From assembly GCA_963804995.1 (NCBI GenBank), contig CAWDSK010000006.1, positions 1,504,001 to 1,568,000 of the forward strand: 64,000 nucleotides of DNA. The letters are read 5' to 3'. Made by a program: the position numbers and the translations under genes. This stretch comes from an uncultured Acidobacteriota bacterium (GTDB lineage Bacteria > Acidobacteriota > Terriglobia > UBA7540). The notes under the pieces were generated by a model, which was not told the DNA's origin, made no database searches, and saw nothing but the letters and a program-made list of their open reading frames with translations. Shown here in pieces: positions 63,107 to 64,000 of the stretch (within the stretch, counting starts at the first letter, position 1; every line of letters begins with the position of its first letter).

Positions 63107-64000
63107 TCAAGGTACTGCTGGGGCGGGCGTGGTGGGCCGCTGGTCCGTCGCAACGGGATAGGGTGACAGCCTGGGAGGCGCTAGATCCGGTTCCGCAAGC
63201 CACACGCGCCGATCCGGGAAATAGCGGATTAACTCGGCGTTTTCGGCATCGTGCATTTCACGCCCCCAAACCACTTTGGATTTATCTATGTCCGCCCGGT
63301 TATAAACCCATTCATTGCTCGTATCATGGTACCGATTGTAACGGACAATAACGAGATGTTTTCCCGGCAATCCCTCTATTTCGGCCGCTGCCCTGGCACG
63401 GTCCAGGTTCTGGAAGTGCTCTGACTCCCAGTTATAGTGCCATTCGACGGGTGTAGGAATGTGCAGTTGAGGCGCGAAGGAACGCAGCAGGAGCATCAGG
63501 ACGCAGATGGCTGGTATGGCCCGTACCAACCCCAGCCCGACACGTTTTCCGCGCCAACTCCACAAGCGCAAGTGCCGCATGGTTTGGAGCAACAGCACAT
63601 AGATCGCAGCGGTCATGGGCGCCGCGTAATGCGGGGCGAAAGGGAAGGGCAGCGACAATCCGACGCAGGTAATACCGCAGACCGCCACCATAAAGCCCGT
63701 CTTGCCCACCAACGCTTTGCGAAGAAACTGTCGGGGATGGAAGGCCAACAACACGACAAAGGGCAGCGCCAGCACCGGCCCGAGGAAGAAACGGTAGAGG
63801 TCCGAGACCTTGCCCGCCAACACTTCCAAGGGGTGCTGGCGGGCGTGAAGGTAATCAAAGTACGACCAGTCATGTTTAAAGAATTTAGCCATCACCGGGT
63901 GGTTATAGTGGTGAGTGAGATTGAGAGGTTGCCAGGCGAAATGCGGCACCGCCTGATAGGTATTCATGTACACCACGTAGGGTGGAAGGAAGGGGTTGCC
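63107..64000 (-). CDS. Multi-TM membrane protein, possibly GT-C-like (5' end outside window)
   Basis: Open to the window edge; several TMs then a soluble tail 'HLVIVRY...EWVYNRADID'. Confidence 0.55.
   Translation of the reverse strand, partial: GNPFLPPYVVYMNTYQAVPHFAWQPLNLTHHYNHPVMAKFFKHDWSYFDYLHARQHPLEVLAGKVSDLYRFFLGPVLALPFVVLLAFHPRQFLRKALVGKTGFMVAVCGITCVGLSLPFPFAPHYAAPMTAAIYVLLLQTMRHLRLWSWRGKRVGLGLVRAIPAICVLMLLLRSFAPQLHIPTPVEWHYNWESEHFQNLDRARAAAEIEGLPGKHLVIVRYNRYHDTSNEWVYNRADIDKSKVVWGREMHDAENAELIRYFPDRRVWLAEPDLAPPRLSPYPVATDQRPTTPAPAVP

Overview
64-kb, GC-rich bacterial window. Gene content and repeat families suggest Acidobacteriota/Terriglobia (inference). In order it contains: (1) an amino-sugar/peptidoglycan scavenging cluster with two SSS symporters, a serine-hydrolase-NamZ fusion, an M20 deacylase, GH18, an APC permease and a GH84 gene split by a cargo-carrying IS1595 element; (2) an ~11-kb accessory segment with intact and decayed toxin-antitoxin modules, bracketed by two inverted ~400-bp non-coding elements that each carry a consensus sigma70 promoter; (3) a tandem pair of non-canonical thymidylate-kinase-like genes facing a CHAD gene (candidate heteromeric polyphosphate kinase); (4) a group II intron inserted precisely into a REP-like repeat that its EBS1 loop recognises; (5) secA with a 135-aa insertion, an HtrA protease, an adenylate cyclase-TPR-degenerate HD-GYP protein, an Ntn acylase, an M61 peptidase and OsmC; (6) a sugar-modification cluster (DegT, GT2s, methyltransferases, epimerase, split transketolase) hit by an IS1634 and a CTAG-targeting MITE. 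Five or six single-base frameshifts look like long-read errors. No rRNA, tRNA or CRISPR array was seen. Family calls come from motif recognition only; no database searches were run.
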